From Bacteroidota bacterium (GTDB lineage: Bacteria; Bacteroidota; Bacteroidia; M30B66), in assembly GCA_027483445.1 (NCBI GenBank), contig JAIXUS010000038.1, positions 83,931-147,930 on the forward strand: a DNA stretch of 64,000 nt, in the 5' to 3' direction. The position numbers and the translations under genes are program-made. Each line of letters starts with the position of its first letter. The stretch's first letter is position 1. Positions 28,301-38,700 of the stretch are shown in pieces. The notes beneath the pieces are model-generated. The model did not search any database and was not told the origin of the DNA. It saw only the letters and a list, made by a program, of their open reading frames with translations.

Positions 28301-31139
28301 AGGTAATAAACAATGCAGCAGGCATGAGCTGAATGCTGGCAAAACTGGATGCAGTGCAGCCTATGCTATCGACCACTAACAACGAAACTGTACTTGCGGT
28401 GGCATTTTCGCTAAATGTGTGGTTCACCACAGGTGTAGTGGCTTGAAATCCATCGGAAAAATTCCATTGAATTGTCTCGTAAAAACCCTGGTTCTGAAGC
28501 GTAATTTCAACATCTAATTGTTCGCAGGCTCCTTGTTGTTCAACGGTGTAAGTTGGTTGCCCTCCACCGATAAATATCGACTGGGCATAGGAAAACGTAT
28601 CCAAGCCATACGGAGTCATTGCGGTGTAAAAAACATTATACAGGCCCGTTTCGGTGTAGGTGATCTGAGGCCTTTGCATATTGGATGTTTGCCCATTTCC
28701 AAAATGCCATTGAAGAACGGTATGACTGGAGTCTTGAGGCACAAAGTTTACCGTTAAAGGTGCACACCCAATGAGGGGTTCAACTAAAACAGCACTTTCG
28801 CCCGGATCTGTACCACCAGTTCCCTCCTCGCCCTGGTCTTCATTAATGGCTTGCATATCTGCAAAAGCAGGAGCTGAAGAAGAAATGCTGCATTCGTCGG
28901 TGGTAATGGTGAGTGTAACCTGGTAATCGCCCTCTGTTTGATAGGTATGAACCGGGAATTGCTCTGTTGATGTGTTGCCATCCCCAAAATCCCATAACCA
29001 GCCAGTTGCAGCAGAATTGGTTGGGAAAAAGCTTACTGTTTGGGGGAATGGCCCATTAACGTAAGATGTTGTAAACGAGGCCACAGCAGAAGCAAAATTC
29101 ACTGCATTGAAGGCAATGTAAGAGCCTACACATCCCGATTGAGAAACGGTGGTTAATGAAACGTGATGGACGTTTTGATTGGGATAAATATGGTTGGGCG
29201 ATTCTTCGGTCGAAGTGGTGCCATCCCCAAAATTCCATAACCACGATACTGTATTGTTGCTGGAGGTGTCTTGAAAGGATACAGTGTAGGGTGGGCAAGG
29301 ATCAACATCAACCTCGAAATAAGGCACACCACCTTCGACAATAACAGTTTGGTAATTTGAGAAGTAATTGCTACAGCCCGTGCCGTTATCCACTACTAGC
29401 GAAACTGTGTAGGTTCCGTTTTGGGTGTAGGTATGAGTAACGTTTGTTCCTGTGGCAGTGGTTCCATCACCAAAATTCCAGGTGTAAGTGGTGCCTGCTA
29501 CCTGCGAAATACTAAAGCTACTTGTAAGGGGCACGCAACCAACAATTGGAGGCGGTGGTGAGTACGGTGCCTCCTGGTACATGACGTTGATAAAGTCGTT
29601 TAGTAAAAGAGTATCGGTGCAGCCCCCCTGCCCATGAGCTACAAGCATAACATCGTAGCTTCCAAGCTGATTAAAAGTAATTGAAGGGTTGGCTAACGTT
29701 GATGTTTGGCCGTTTCCGAAATGCCAAGTATAACCAATCGCGCTTTGAGAGGCATTGGTAAAGTTAACTGTTAATGGCGGGCAGCCATAGGTTGCAGAAG
29801 CATTAAAACTGGCAATTGGGGCTCTCACCTGTACCGCACCACTCTGTTGCACGGCGGCATAACAGCCATTGGCGGAGTATGCTCCCAAACCAACAGAATA
29901 AAGCCCCGGCTGGGTATAAGTAAACGTATTCTGGGTAAGTGGAATAGTTTGACCATTTCCCCAATTCACAACAAAACTACTTGCTCCAACGGTTTGGTTG
30001 TTTAAAGTAACTGTTAAGGGAGCACATCCGCTGGTATTCGAGAGCGTAAACTGAGGATTGGGTTTTGGATACACCATAATGGGCACAACCGGTGCATTGT
30101 AAATACAACCTGTGGGCATGGTAACGGCGAGCGACAAATTGAAATTTCCCGGCGCATTGTAAGTTACCGAAGGAGCATTGGATGCAGAGCTGGTATTGTT
30201 TCCAAAATTCCAGGCATAGCTCGTTGCATTGGGTATGTTTTGATTTAGGTTGATGGCAAAAGGCTCACATCCAGCACTATCGCTGGCCGTAATTTGAGGA
30301 AACACCGGAGCATGAACAGTAATGTACTGTGTGCGAATGAGAGAGTCGACACATCCATTTGCATTGGTGGCTCTCAATTTAACGGTAAAAACACCTGGAG
30401 CGCCGTACACTTTGCTGGGATTGGCCTGCACTGATGTGGTTCCGTCGCCAAAATCCCATAGGTAGCTGGTCGCACCTGTTGAAAGGTTGTTGAAGTTGAA
30501 CGCTTGATTTACATTGCAGCTTGAGGTAATGCTCGCCGTAAAGTCGGCATCAGGAAGGGGAAACACTGTGAGGTTTTGCGGCAATGTAAACACCGTTTGA
30601 CAACCGACCTGATTGGTTGCAATGAGACTAACCGAATAAGAACCCGGAGTATTATATATGTGTGTTGGCGACAACTGGATAGATGATGTTCCATCGCCAA
30701 AATCCCAAAAGGCACTTATTGCACCTTGTGAGCTATTGTTAAAGGAAAAAGTGTTTTGGAATACACAGCCGCTCAGACTAGGTGCTGTGAAAGAAGCCTG
30801 TGGACCTGGCAGTGCGGTAATTGTTGCAGTGTGTGTATTTGTTTGACCTCCAGACGAAGTAGCGGTTAGGACCACGGTGTAAGTGCCCGGCTGAACGAAA
30901 ACGTTTTGTGGGTTTTGGAGGGTTGAGAAGTTTCCATTGCCAAAGTCCCACTGAAAACTCGCCGCTCCGGTTGACGTGCTCGTGAAGTTTACGCTCAGTG
31001 GGGCACAACCGGTAAGGGTTGAAGCAGAAAAATTGGCCTGAGGAGTCTGACTAAAAGCAGGAAATGCTATAAGAACGAGAAGCAGGCAAAGCAGGCGCAT
31101 GGCCGGAAGTGAGGAGTATTCGTCTTTCATAGCATTCAT
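25311..31139 (-). CDS. Giant (1942 aa) secreted PKD-repeat protein with C-terminal fibronectin-III-like domains; no T9SS C-terminal domain
   Basis: It has a signal peptide and at least 15 PKD modules (recurrent WxFGDGxxS…NPxHxY…GxYxVxL). The C-terminal roughly 350 aa carry FN3-like W…Y…R repeats. The C-terminus lacks any Por/CHU_C tail. Confidence 0.9.
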   Translation of the reverse strand: MNAMKDEYSSLPAMRLLCLLLVLIAFPAFSQTPQANFSASTLTGCAPLSVNFTSTSTGAASFQWDFGNGNFSTLQNPQNVFVQPGTYTVVLTATSSGGQTNTHTATITALPGPQASFTAPSLSGCVFQNTFSFNNSSQGAISAFWDFGDGTSSIQLSPTHIYNTPGSYSVSLIATNQVGCQTVFTLPQNLTVFPLPDADFTASITSSCNVNQAFNFNNLSTGATSYLWDFGDGTTSVQANPSKVYGAPGVFTVKLRATNANGCVDSLIRTQYITVHAPVFPQITASDSAGCEPFAINLNQNIPNATSYAWNFGNNTSSASNAPSVTYNAPGNFNLSLAVTMPTGCIYNAPVVPIMVYPKPNPQFTLSNTSGCAPLTVTLNNQTVGASSFVVNWGNGQTIPLTQNTFTYTQPGLYSVGLGAYSANGCYAAVQQSGAVQVRAPIASFNASATYGCPPLTVNFTNASQSAIGYTWHFGNGQTSTLANPSITFNQLGSYDVMLVAHGQGGCTDTLLLNDFINVMYQEAPYSPPPPIVGCVPLTSSFSISQVAGTTYTWNFGDGTTATGTNVTHTYTQNGTYTVSLVVDNGTGCSNYFSNYQTVIVEGGVPYFEVDVDPCPPYTVSFQDTSSNNTVSWLWNFGDGTTSTEESPNHIYPNQNVHHVSLTTVSQSGCVGSYIAFNAVNFASAVASFTTSYVNGPFPQTVSFFPTNSAATGWLWDFGDGNTSTEQFPVHTYQTEGDYQVTLTITTDECSISSSAPAFADMQAINEDQGEEGTGGTDPGESAVLVEPLIGCAPLTVNFVPQDSSHTVLQWHFGNGQTSNMQRPQITYTETGLYNVFYTAMTPYGLDTFSYAQSIFIGGGQPTYTVEQQGACEQLDVEITLQNQGFYETIQWNFSDGFQATTPVVNHTFSENATASTVSLLVVDSIGCTASSFASIQLMPAALFITFPDKVCNAPVQFVNNLENTPGYSFFWEFGDGQTSNEASPEHTFIGEGEFTIHVTVTTPTGCTAITELSHTIRVANPNISFNFIGPNEGCAPFTATFANTTPNSTNVAWFWGDGTWSLATWTGSVYNGPTPKTYNTPGVYSVVQRVTSSLDPTCTVQVLHDSVVVVHGANADFSFVQSGLCLPVTVQFTSLATDAVSWFWDFGNGITSTEQDPVITFVTEPADSISLSIVTSNGCTDQMTKAHIELLNPEITASFQGNCNPLSVQFSTPTEGMIAWEWNFGDGASASGATVNHVYTQNGNYTATLVVTTSDNCRDTVSMAVPIDVDGPQAQFSSPTPAGCAPSVVEFFDSSSQAVAWLWDFGDGSSSTVQHPVKLYDQPGVFDVQLIVTNANGCSDTALYTDYVTVLGPATSFTFQSSGTCVGAPIQFTDLSNEAVEWEWNFGEGSTSTEQNPSFTYYAPGNYVITLFSRDTLGCSAFYTIPAPIQIHPYPVAGFTVDDMSGCAPHPVNFSNTSTGAATYSWDFGGQGTSTSANPTFLFSDPGNYNVSLIATTAFGCSDTAVIDGIRSFLVPVAAFTLNGTEGCTPLSVSFSNQSWQLENPSFLWNFGNGSTSNDLSPTEVYFNPGFYSVSLTVANANGCADTLILPSIVNVFDTLAAPVSPIIRVSVINPISTIIEWEESTAPDFGAYELFRKNADGSWSVIATITEAHLVSYIDQGLNTLDEVYCYKLLTRDRCGYSVETDSLIEHCTINVEVATRVDNTIEVNWSPYIGKTASQYRIFRTEENSNLEEDLGTVPGDVLSYIDSSVYCPVKYRYDIRAEGLNGQWHVESESDYDMSTPIANLFESQQVNTARSTVVEDAFVLTEWLVPEIMGDRVNGYLLYRSTDEQTWELIATLPAFQTSYTDQAVNVQATKYYYRVMATNSCGLLGIQGESSDNIVLQTKPLDDLYIELLWTPYKGWGAHGVGFYMVERENADGTWEVIRTVPGSEHRTVDEN

Positions 31140-31607
31140 TTATTCAACGGTACCATCGGCGACAAGGGTAACTGTGCCGGATTCTTCAGGCAGCACAAAT
31201 CCATTGGGGCCTTTGGCATTCACGGTATACACAAAAACATCGGTACTAGTTATGGCTTGGCCATTGTAGGTGCCATCCCACAAATCGGTTATCTCGTTGG
31301 TTTCGAAAATGAGCTCACCCCAACGGTTGAAGATCTTAAGGTTAAACTGAGTGAGATTCAACGCCTTGACTCCAAAGCGGTCGTTAATGCCATCGCCATT
31401 AGGCGTAAATGCTGTAGGAATATACAAGGTCGATTTGGGCGTGGCTTCGGCAATGTTCGAAAGGCTGGTAATGGATGTATTGGCCGCTTTAAACGCCGTT
31501 ACACGATATCTCTTGGCCATAGGATCAGGGGTCTGAGCATTTGTGTGGATGCTTATTCCTGATAAAATCAGTAGAACGAAAACCAGCCGTGTGTACCACT
31601 CTTGCAT
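31140..31607 (-). CDS. Mini-protein (155 aa): signal peptide plus T9SS type-B C-terminal domain only, encoded immediately upstream of and abutting the PKD giant
   Basis: YIPTAFTPNGDGINDRF…FNRWGELIF…WDGTYNG…VFVYTV is the gliding-motility-associated C-terminal-domain signature. The stop codon TAA is directly followed by the ATG of the 1942-aa ORF. Confidence 0.7.
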   Translation of the reverse strand: MQEWYTRLVFVLLILSGISIHTNAQTPDPMAKRYRVTAFKAANTSITSLSNIAEATPKSTLYIPTAFTPNGDGINDRFGVKALNLTQFNLKIFNRWGELIFETNEITDLWDGTYNGQAITSTDVFVYTVNAKGPNGFVLPEESGTVTLVADGTVE

Positions 31608-31835
31608 GACGCGCTTTTTAAAGTGTGATACTGCCTACGACTGATATGAGTTTCTCAAGCCAGCCCTTGATTTGACACTAACCTTACTTATGCAAGGAAA
31701 AAGCCAGGCATTGAGCCATAGCAACTCCTATTTATTTGATTTTATGACTTTTAGAATGAGATGATTCAATAAAACAAGGCAGTATTCTAATGTAAGAAAG
31801 CTGTTCATTTTGCGCAGAAATTCAATCTTGTAAGT

Positions 31836-32993
31836 GTGACGGTTGATGATTTAGGTTCTGTTAATCGAAGATTATACAGTAAATTGCTCGCTGAGGCAGT
31901 GAATGGTATGCAGATTAGCATTTTTGCGAGGAAGTCCGATTTTCAGGAGGTTACCCACATTAAGGGCTTACTCAAAGAGTGGTCTCCTAAGGTTTTTCAA
32001 TACGGCGAAACGGCACGTGTAGGAAAGCTAACCCGCGAAATTGTAATCCTTTACAAACCACAACTTACCGAAGAACTAATTCGCATTGCGGCAGAGGTTA
32101 GAATCCTTTCACCGAGCTGTTATTTATTGGTAATTGGGGAAGGCATTCCGGGGATGACTTTATTTCATGCACAGGTGAATTGTGCTTTGCAACTGTCGGA
32201 GATAAAACGAATTCCCGAACTGATTCATGAATTAAAAGCCAGATCCGAACGAATCACCAGCGATGGTGGCTCAATGGCGATGCAAGAGCTACAGGAGAAG
32301 AATAAGGAATTGGAGAAAATCAATTTTGAACTTGACCGATTTGTGTATTCGGCTTCTCATGATTTGCGCTCACCGCTGACTTCGGTATTAGGACTGTTGT
32401 ATTTGCTCCGAGAGGAAGTGAAAGCGGAAGGAGCGCAACGCTATGTGAGCCTCATGGAAGAGAGTATTCTCAAACTCGACAATATCATTCGCGATATTGT
32501 TGCCTATTCCAGAAACAACCGTGCAGGGCTTCAAATTGAAGAAATACATTTGCCTGAGCTTATCTCCGATTTAGAACCAGGATTGCGTTATCTCGAAACA
32601 GGAGAAATCACGGTTTCAGGTTGCGTAAAAGTCATGGCTGATTTCCCATTCTCTTCGGATCGAAATCGTTTAGTAGCCGTTCTGAACAACCTCATTTCCA
32701 ATTCAATCAAATACCGACATCCAGCTCGCCTCCCAGAAATCGAACTTAACATGGAGCGAAACGGGCAACACATTGTATTGGTTGTTTCCGACAATGGGAT
32801 TGGAATTAAGGAATACCACCTTGAGAAAATATTCGATATGTTTTATCGAACCAGCGATCATAGCACCGGTTCGGGCCTAGGATTGTACATTGTTCGCGAA
32901 ACAATTAAAAAACTTGGTGGCACAATTAGAGTTGATTCTGTTGTTAATCAAGGAACTAAATTTACCATTACCCTGCCTTTAGCTTACGCTTAA
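31836..32993 (+). CDS. Cytoplasmic sensor histidine kinase with uncharacterised N-terminal domain
   Basis: It has an H-box SHDLRSPLTSV, an N-box LISNSIKY, DNGIGIKE and GSGLGLYIV. There is no TM segment. Confidence 0.85.
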   Translation: MTVDDLGSVNRRLYSKLLAEAVNGMQISIFARKSDFQEVTHIKGLLKEWSPKVFQYGETARVGKLTREIVILYKPQLTEELIRIAAEVRILSPSCYLLVIGEGIPGMTLFHAQVNCALQLSEIKRIPELIHELKARSERITSDGGSMAMQELQEKNKELEKINFELDRFVYSASHDLRSPLTSVLGLLYLLREEVKAEGAQRYVSLMEESILKLDNIIRDIVAYSRNNRAGLQIEEIHLPELISDLEPGLRYLETGEITVSGCVKVMADFPFSSDRNRLVAVLNNLISNSIKYRHPARLPEIELNMERNGQHIVLVVSDNGIGIKEYHLEKIFDMFYRTSDHSTGSGLGLYIVRETIKKLGGTIRVDSVVNQGTKFTITLPLAYA

Positions 32994-33007
32994 TTTACCG
33001 ATACACC

Positions 33008-33403
33008 ATGATTATTCTCATCGACGATAACCCGATTGATACATTCATTCACACTAAAGCACTCGAATTGGGAGGCTATCGTGGACGAATTGAAGCTTTC
33101 CACTCGGCCGAAAAGGCGCTCGAGTACTTTAAAGGCATCTCAACATCAGCGATAGAGCCCGACTCGTTTGTTTTACTCGACATTCGAATTCCAGCAATGA
33201 ATGGTTTCGAATTCCTCGACGCATTAAAAAGGCTTGATAGAGAGGTTATTGCAACCTTTCCGGTGTATTTCCTATCCTCGTCGCTCGACTTAGAAGACCT
33301 GCAAAGAGCCAACACCTACTCCAATGTTGTTGGGTTTCTCGAAAAGCCACTTACCCGACACATGGTAGCCGAACTTCCAGGAATCCATAAGGTGGCCTCT
33401 TAA
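33008..33403 (+). CDS. Single-domain response regulator (receiver only), cognate to the upstream kinase
   Basis: The receiver motifs are IILIDDNPID and VLLDIRIPAMNG. The start lies 15 nt after the kinase stop. Confidence 0.8.
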   Translation: MIILIDDNPIDTFIHTKALELGGYRGRIEAFHSAEKALEYFKGISTSAIEPDSFVLLDIRIPAMNGFEFLDALKRLDREVIATFPVYFLSSSLDLEDLQRANTYSNVVGFLEKPLTRHMVAELPGIHKVAS

Positions 33404-33675
33404 GCCTCCACGCAACAAGGGCAATTTCACAGAGAAAATTAGCGAGCGTAATTGTTAGGCTAGGTGAAATTGAAATCGCTTTGACAATCCGCTGCGCACA
33501 AGCCTTGCATTTACGTTAAGGCTTACTGAAAAATCGCCTGTAGTTTTAGTCATAGCAACGTTTACCCCGCTTAAATGAGGTATCGTTCAAGGGCTTTTCC
33601 TTGGGCTTTCAAAAATTCAGGTAATTCTGAATTTCGAAGGCTCAAAAATTTCAGTAGTTTGAAAAGGTAAGACCG

Positions 33676-34632
33676 TTACTTCAGTTCAAATTCTGTTTCG
33701 CCAATCTGAACGCCGTCGCTGTAGATTTGAACAATGTACTTTCCGGGTTGCAACTTTTCTTCCTTCACAACCTCCCAATTGAGGCATAATTGCATCACCT
33801 TGTTGTCGTAGAAAATATCTTTCTTCACTGAGTACGGAATCTCGTCGCCATTGAGCAACGTGATTTTTGAACGATCGCCGGTTGTAAATGTCTTTTTGTT
33901 CGGATCCTTAATTACTGCGTAGATGGCCTTCTCCTGTTTGTCGGCAATTTGATTGTCGAGCACAGTAAAGCACACTCTTAGGCGGTCTGCCTTGCTAGCC
34001 TTAGTTACTACTTTCTCTTTGGTTCCACTTACCCGCACTGCATCAGCATAAACTTCATAGGTTTTCAAGCGCTTGGCGATGTCGACCGTCTTGCTCAGCT
34101 TACTGTTTTCTTGTGTAAGCTTGCTATTCTGTGCGTTCAATTCTTCAAGCTGTTTAGCAGCTTTGAAGTTCTCGTTGGTCAGCTCCTGGTTTTTAGCCTT
34201 TAAATCGGCAATGATGGCTTCATTCTCATCATAGGCTTGCTGAAGTTCCTCCAAACGCGCCTTCATGCCCTTTCCGGCTGGGCTATCCGGAGATCCACCG
34301 TTGGCCTTCAATCGCTCATAGTCGCGCATTAGAGCCACAACTTTATCGCGCTCAGCTCCAAGCTCTGCTTTGAGCCCTTCGTGCGCCTGCATGAGGCTAT
34401 CGTATTTGGCAGTAAGCTCTTGCAATTGAGCACGGTATTCATCAATATCTTTCCCTGCCTGCTCGGTTTGGGCTTTAAGGGCTTCAGACTCTTTTTTAAT
34501 TGTGTTCAGTTGAACATACAGGTAGCCCGACAAAGCCGCGAATGCAGCTACCAAAAAGATAAGCAGAATAATGAGGCCACGGCCTTTGTTTTCTTTTTCC
34601 GGTGTCTCTTCTGCTGTGTTTAGTGTATCCAT
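33676..34632 (-). CDS. Membrane-anchored coiled-coil protein with C-terminal globular domain, function unknown
   Basis: It has an N-terminal TM helix (LIILLIFLVAAFAAL), about 150 aa of heptad-rich coiled coil, and a C-terminal roughly 120-aa beta-rich domain. Confidence 0.55.
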   Translation of the reverse strand: MDTLNTAEETPEKENKGRGLIILLIFLVAAFAALSGYLYVQLNTIKKESEALKAQTEQAGKDIDEYRAQLQELTAKYDSLMQAHEGLKAELGAERDKVVALMRDYERLKANGGSPDSPAGKGMKARLEELQQAYDENEAIIADLKAKNQELTNENFKAAKQLEELNAQNSKLTQENSKLSKTVDIAKRLKTYEVYADAVRVSGTKEKVVTKASKADRLRVCFTVLDNQIADKQEKAIYAVIKDPNKKTFTTGDRSKITLLNGDEIPYSVKKDIFYDNKVMQLCLNWEVVKEEKLQPGKYIVQIYSDGVQIGETEFELK

Positions 34633-34758
34633 GGATATGAGGAGTAATTCAGGTGAGCAAAGATATTTTTTTTTAGCCCTCTTCCTAACCAGACTGTCGA
34701 TTTCCTAAATTTACCTTGTCGTAAAGACACTGCACTGTATCTGACCAAAATTCTAACT

Positions 34759-35442
34759 ATGGTCAGAGATTTCATTCATTTGTTTTATCCGCGAATTTGT
34801 CCTTCCTGCGGAGATGCGCTTCGCAGCAACGAACGCGTGATTTGTTTATCCTGTCGCTTGTGTTTGCCACAAACCGGTTTTCATCTTCAAAGCGACAATC
34901 CAATCAGCCGCCTTTTTTGGGGACGAATTCCCATTCATAGTGCAACGGCTATGTATTTTTTCCGCAAAAGTGGCTATGTTCAGGAACTTCTCCATCAGCT
35001 GAAATATGGAAAACAGCCTGATATAGGTGTTGAGCTGGGCCGCTGGTATGGTAACGACTTGTTAAGAAGCCCCGAATATCGAAACACAGAGCTCATCCTT
35101 CCGGTGCCCCTTCACCCACGTAAGTTATTGATTCGCGGATACAACCAAAGTGAAATGTTTTCCAATGGATTGAGCGAAATTATGGGATGCCCCAGCGCAA
35201 ATAATTTGCTGGTGAAACAAACCGAGACTGAAACGCAAACCCGTAAAAGCCGATTCAGGCGCTGGGAAAATGTGCGCGAAGTGTTTGCCATCCCCCAGCC
35301 AGATGCGATCCTCGGTAAAAGAATCCTCCTTGTCGACGATGTGATTACCACAGGCGCTACCATTGAGGCTTGCGCCAGGATGCTCTTTCAACATGGCGCC
35401 TCAACAGTGCGGGTGGCCTCCATCGCAGCACCGGTATTCTAA
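34759..35442 (+). CDS. comF: ComF-family protein (phosphoribosyltransferase-like, competence-associated)
   Basis: It has an N-terminal CPSCG…C…C Zn finger and a C-terminal PRTase motif ILLVDDVITTGATI. Confidence 0.8.
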   Translation: MVRDFIHLFYPRICPSCGDALRSNERVICLSCRLCLPQTGFHLQSDNPISRLFWGRIPIHSATAMYFFRKSGYVQELLHQLKYGKQPDIGVELGRWYGNDLLRSPEYRNTELILPVPLHPRKLLIRGYNQSEMFSNGLSEIMGCPSANNLLVKQTETETQTRKSRFRRWENVREVFAIPQPDAILGKRILLVDDVITTGATIEACARMLFQHGASTVRVASIAAPVF

Positions 35443-35768
35443 GCCGGGCCTAATTTGGGGTTCTCCTTGTGACGGTTAGCGTCGCGCTTGGTCTTTTTTT
35501 CCAAGCTCTTGTGGATGGCCTCCGTTAAGTCGACGCCTGTTTGGTTTGCAAGACAAACGAGTACAAAAAGCACATCAGCCATCTCACCGGCCAAATCGGA
35601 TTCCTCGCCGGGCTTAAACGATTGCTCGCCGTAGCGCCTCGCCATAATTCGGGCAAGTTCGCCCACTTCCTCCATGAGCACCGCAGTGTTGGTGAGCTCA
35701 TTAAAGTACCGAACGCCAACTTCTTTAATCCAACGGTCAACCTCTTCTTGAAGCGCCTTAATCTCCAT
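35439..35768 (-). CDS. MazG-like nucleotide pyrophosphohydrolase (small, single-domain)
   Basis: It has the MazG EExGEL motif (EEVGELARI…) and E…D. Confidence 0.8.
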   Translation of the reverse strand: MEIKALQEEVDRWIKEVGVRYFNELTNTAVLMEEVGELARIMARRYGEQSFKPGEESDLAGEMADVLFVLVCLANQTGVDLTEAIHKSLEKKTKRDANRHKENPKLGPA

Positions 35769-35771
35769 TTA

Positions 35772-38700
35772 TCAGGCGTTTACCGATAAACCATGACAGT
35801 TCTTGTACTTCTTCCCGGATCCACATGGACATGGGTCGTTGCGGCCTACTTTCGGCTCGGCTTTCACCGGTTCTTTGCGGGCTTCAGATTCAGGGCTGTG
35901 CTGGTTTACCAATTCATCGCGAGAAGTCCGAAGTTGCGGCGGTGGAGCCAAAGGACGTTGCGGAGCTTGCTGAATGCGAGGCTGTTGCGCAGGGGCCGGA
36001 CCTCCTTGTTGCGGAGCATTGTTAACAGGCAGGCTGCCTTTCATCAAAAAGGCGGTAATCTCACGTGCAACCTTACCCAACATCTGTTCAAACAATTTGA
36101 ACGATTCAATCTTGTAAATCAGCAAGGGGTCTTTCTGCTCATACTGGGCATTCTGAACCGATTGTTTGAGATCATCCATCTCACGCAAGTGCTCTTTCCA
36201 GGCCTCATCAATCATTGAAAGCGTGATAAAACGCTCCATAGCCCGAATCACCTCACGGCCCTGAGACTCATACGCCTTGCGCAGATTTACCACAATTTGA
36301 GTAGCCTTTTGCCCATCGGTGATGGGAATAAGCATATTCTCGTATTGGGCCGACTGTGTTTCATACACCTGCGCAATTACAGGATGCGCCATGGCTGCAA
36401 TCTGAGTCGATTTATGAAGGTAGTGCGCCTGCGCCTCCTGGTACAGCTTCTCACCCAACGTATTTGACTTCTCCTTTAAAAATTCTTGCTCAGTGATGGC
36501 TGTATCGATGGCCAGCAAGCGAATCACCTCCAGTTTGAACCCGTCGTAGTCGCGGGCATCCTGATAACCGCCAACAATGCCTTCGCACGTTTCCATGATC
36601 ATGTTGGCAATGTCGACCGCGAGCCTGTCGCCGTAAAGTGCGTTTCGGCGGCGGGTGTATACAACCTCACGCTGGTGATTCATCTGATCGTCGTACTCGA
36701 GCAATCGCTTACGGATACCAAAGTTGTTTTCCTCCACCTTTTTCTGAGCCCGCTCAATAGAAGAAGTAATCATACCGCTTTGGATGACTTCACCTTCCTT
36801 CATGCCCAGGCGATCCATGATTCTGGCTATACGCTCCGAACCAAACAAGCGCATCAGGTCATCTTCGAGCGACACAAAGAACTGCGAAGAACCGGGGTCG
36901 CCCTGACGGCCGGCACGACCACGCAGCTGGCGGTCAACGCGGCGACTTTCGTGGCGCTCGGTACCAATAATAGCAAGCCCTCCGGCCTCCTTTACGCCAG
37001 GCCCGAGCTTGATGTCGGTACCACGACCGGCCATATTGGTGGCAATGGTCACAGTCCCGGCTTGCCCGGCCTCCTGAACAATCTCAGCCTCGCGTTGGTG
37101 ATGCTTGGCATTCAACAGGTTGTGCTTAATCCCGCGGAGCTTGAGCATTCGGCTTAGCACCTCAGAAATTTCAACCGAGGTGGTTCCCACCAAAACTGGT
37201 CGCCCTTTGGCTGTTTCTTCAGCAATCTTATCAATTACCGCGTTGTACTTTTCGCGTTTTGTTTTGTAAACAAGGTCTTCCTGATCTTTCCGTGAAATCG
37301 CGCGATTGGTTGGAATCACCGCCACATCAAGCTTGTAGATATCCCAAAATTCTCCGGCTTCGGTTTCTGCTGTACCAGTCATGCCTGCGAGCTTGTTGTA
37401 CATGCGGAAATAATTCTGCAATGTGATGGTTGCGTAGGTTTGCGTAGCCGCTTCGATGGTCACATTTTCCTTGGCTTCAATGGCCTGATGCAATCCATCG
37501 CTGTATCGACGGCCATCGAGAATACGGCCCGTTTGCTCATCAACAATTTTCACCTTGCCATCCATCACCACATACTCCTCATTGTTTTCAAAGAGTGTGT
37601 ATGCCTTCAACAACTGGTTAATGGTGTGAATGCGTTCTGATTTCACGGCAAAATCGCGAAGAAGCTCCTCTTTTTGATTGAGTTTTTCCTCCGCATTACC
37701 GGTATTTTTCTCGATGGAAGCAATTTCAGCTCCCACGTCGGGCAACACAAAGAAGTTCGGGTCTTCGCTTACTCCTGTGATAAGCTCGATGCCTTTTTCA
37801 GTAAGCTCTATGGTGTTGTTTTTTTCATCAATCACGAAGAACAGCTCCGCATCAACTTTTGGCATTTCGCGGCCTTGGTCCTGGAGATAGAAGTTTTCTG
37901 TTTTTTGAAGTAAAATCCGCACACCGGGCTCGGAGAGAAATTTAATGAGCGCCTTATTTTTGGGTAAGCCTCTATGCGCTCTGAGCAATGCCATTCCGGC
38001 CGCTTTGTCATCACTCCCAAAATTTTTCTTTGCTTCAGTGAGAGCGGCGTTTATAAAGTTTTTCTGAGCGGTCACCAGCTTTTCAACACGAGGCTTCAGT
38101 TGAAAAAACTCTTGATTTTCGCCTCGAGGCGTCGGACCAGAGATGATCAATGGCGTCCGGGCGTCGTCAATCAGAACGGAGTCAACCTCATCGACAATGG
38201 CGAAGTTGTGTCCGCGCTGCACCAGTTCCTCCGGCCCGCGGGCCATATTGTCGCGCAGGTAATCGAAGCCAAACTCGTTGTTGGTTCCAAAGGTGATATC
38301 GGCGGTGTAGGCGCGGCGGCGGGTGGAGCCGTTCGGCTGATGCTTGTCGATGCAATCCACACGCAGGCCATGAAACTCATACAATGGCCCCATCCATTCA
38401 GAGTCGCGTCGGGCCAGATAATCATTCACTGTAACAACGTGAACTCCTTCTCCGGAAAGGGCATTTAGGTAAACCGGCAAGGTTGCCACGAGTGTTTTAC
38501 CTTCACCGGTAGCCATCTCGGAAATTTTGCCCCGATGCAACATGATACCGCCGATAAGCTGAACATCGTAATGCACCATGTCCCAGGTAATCATAGAGCC
38601 GGCAGCATTCCAGCTGTTTTTGTAGATGGCTTCCTGCGCTTCGATGCGCACATAATCGCGACTTGCAGCCAATTCGCGGTCGAATTCAGTAGCAGTAACG

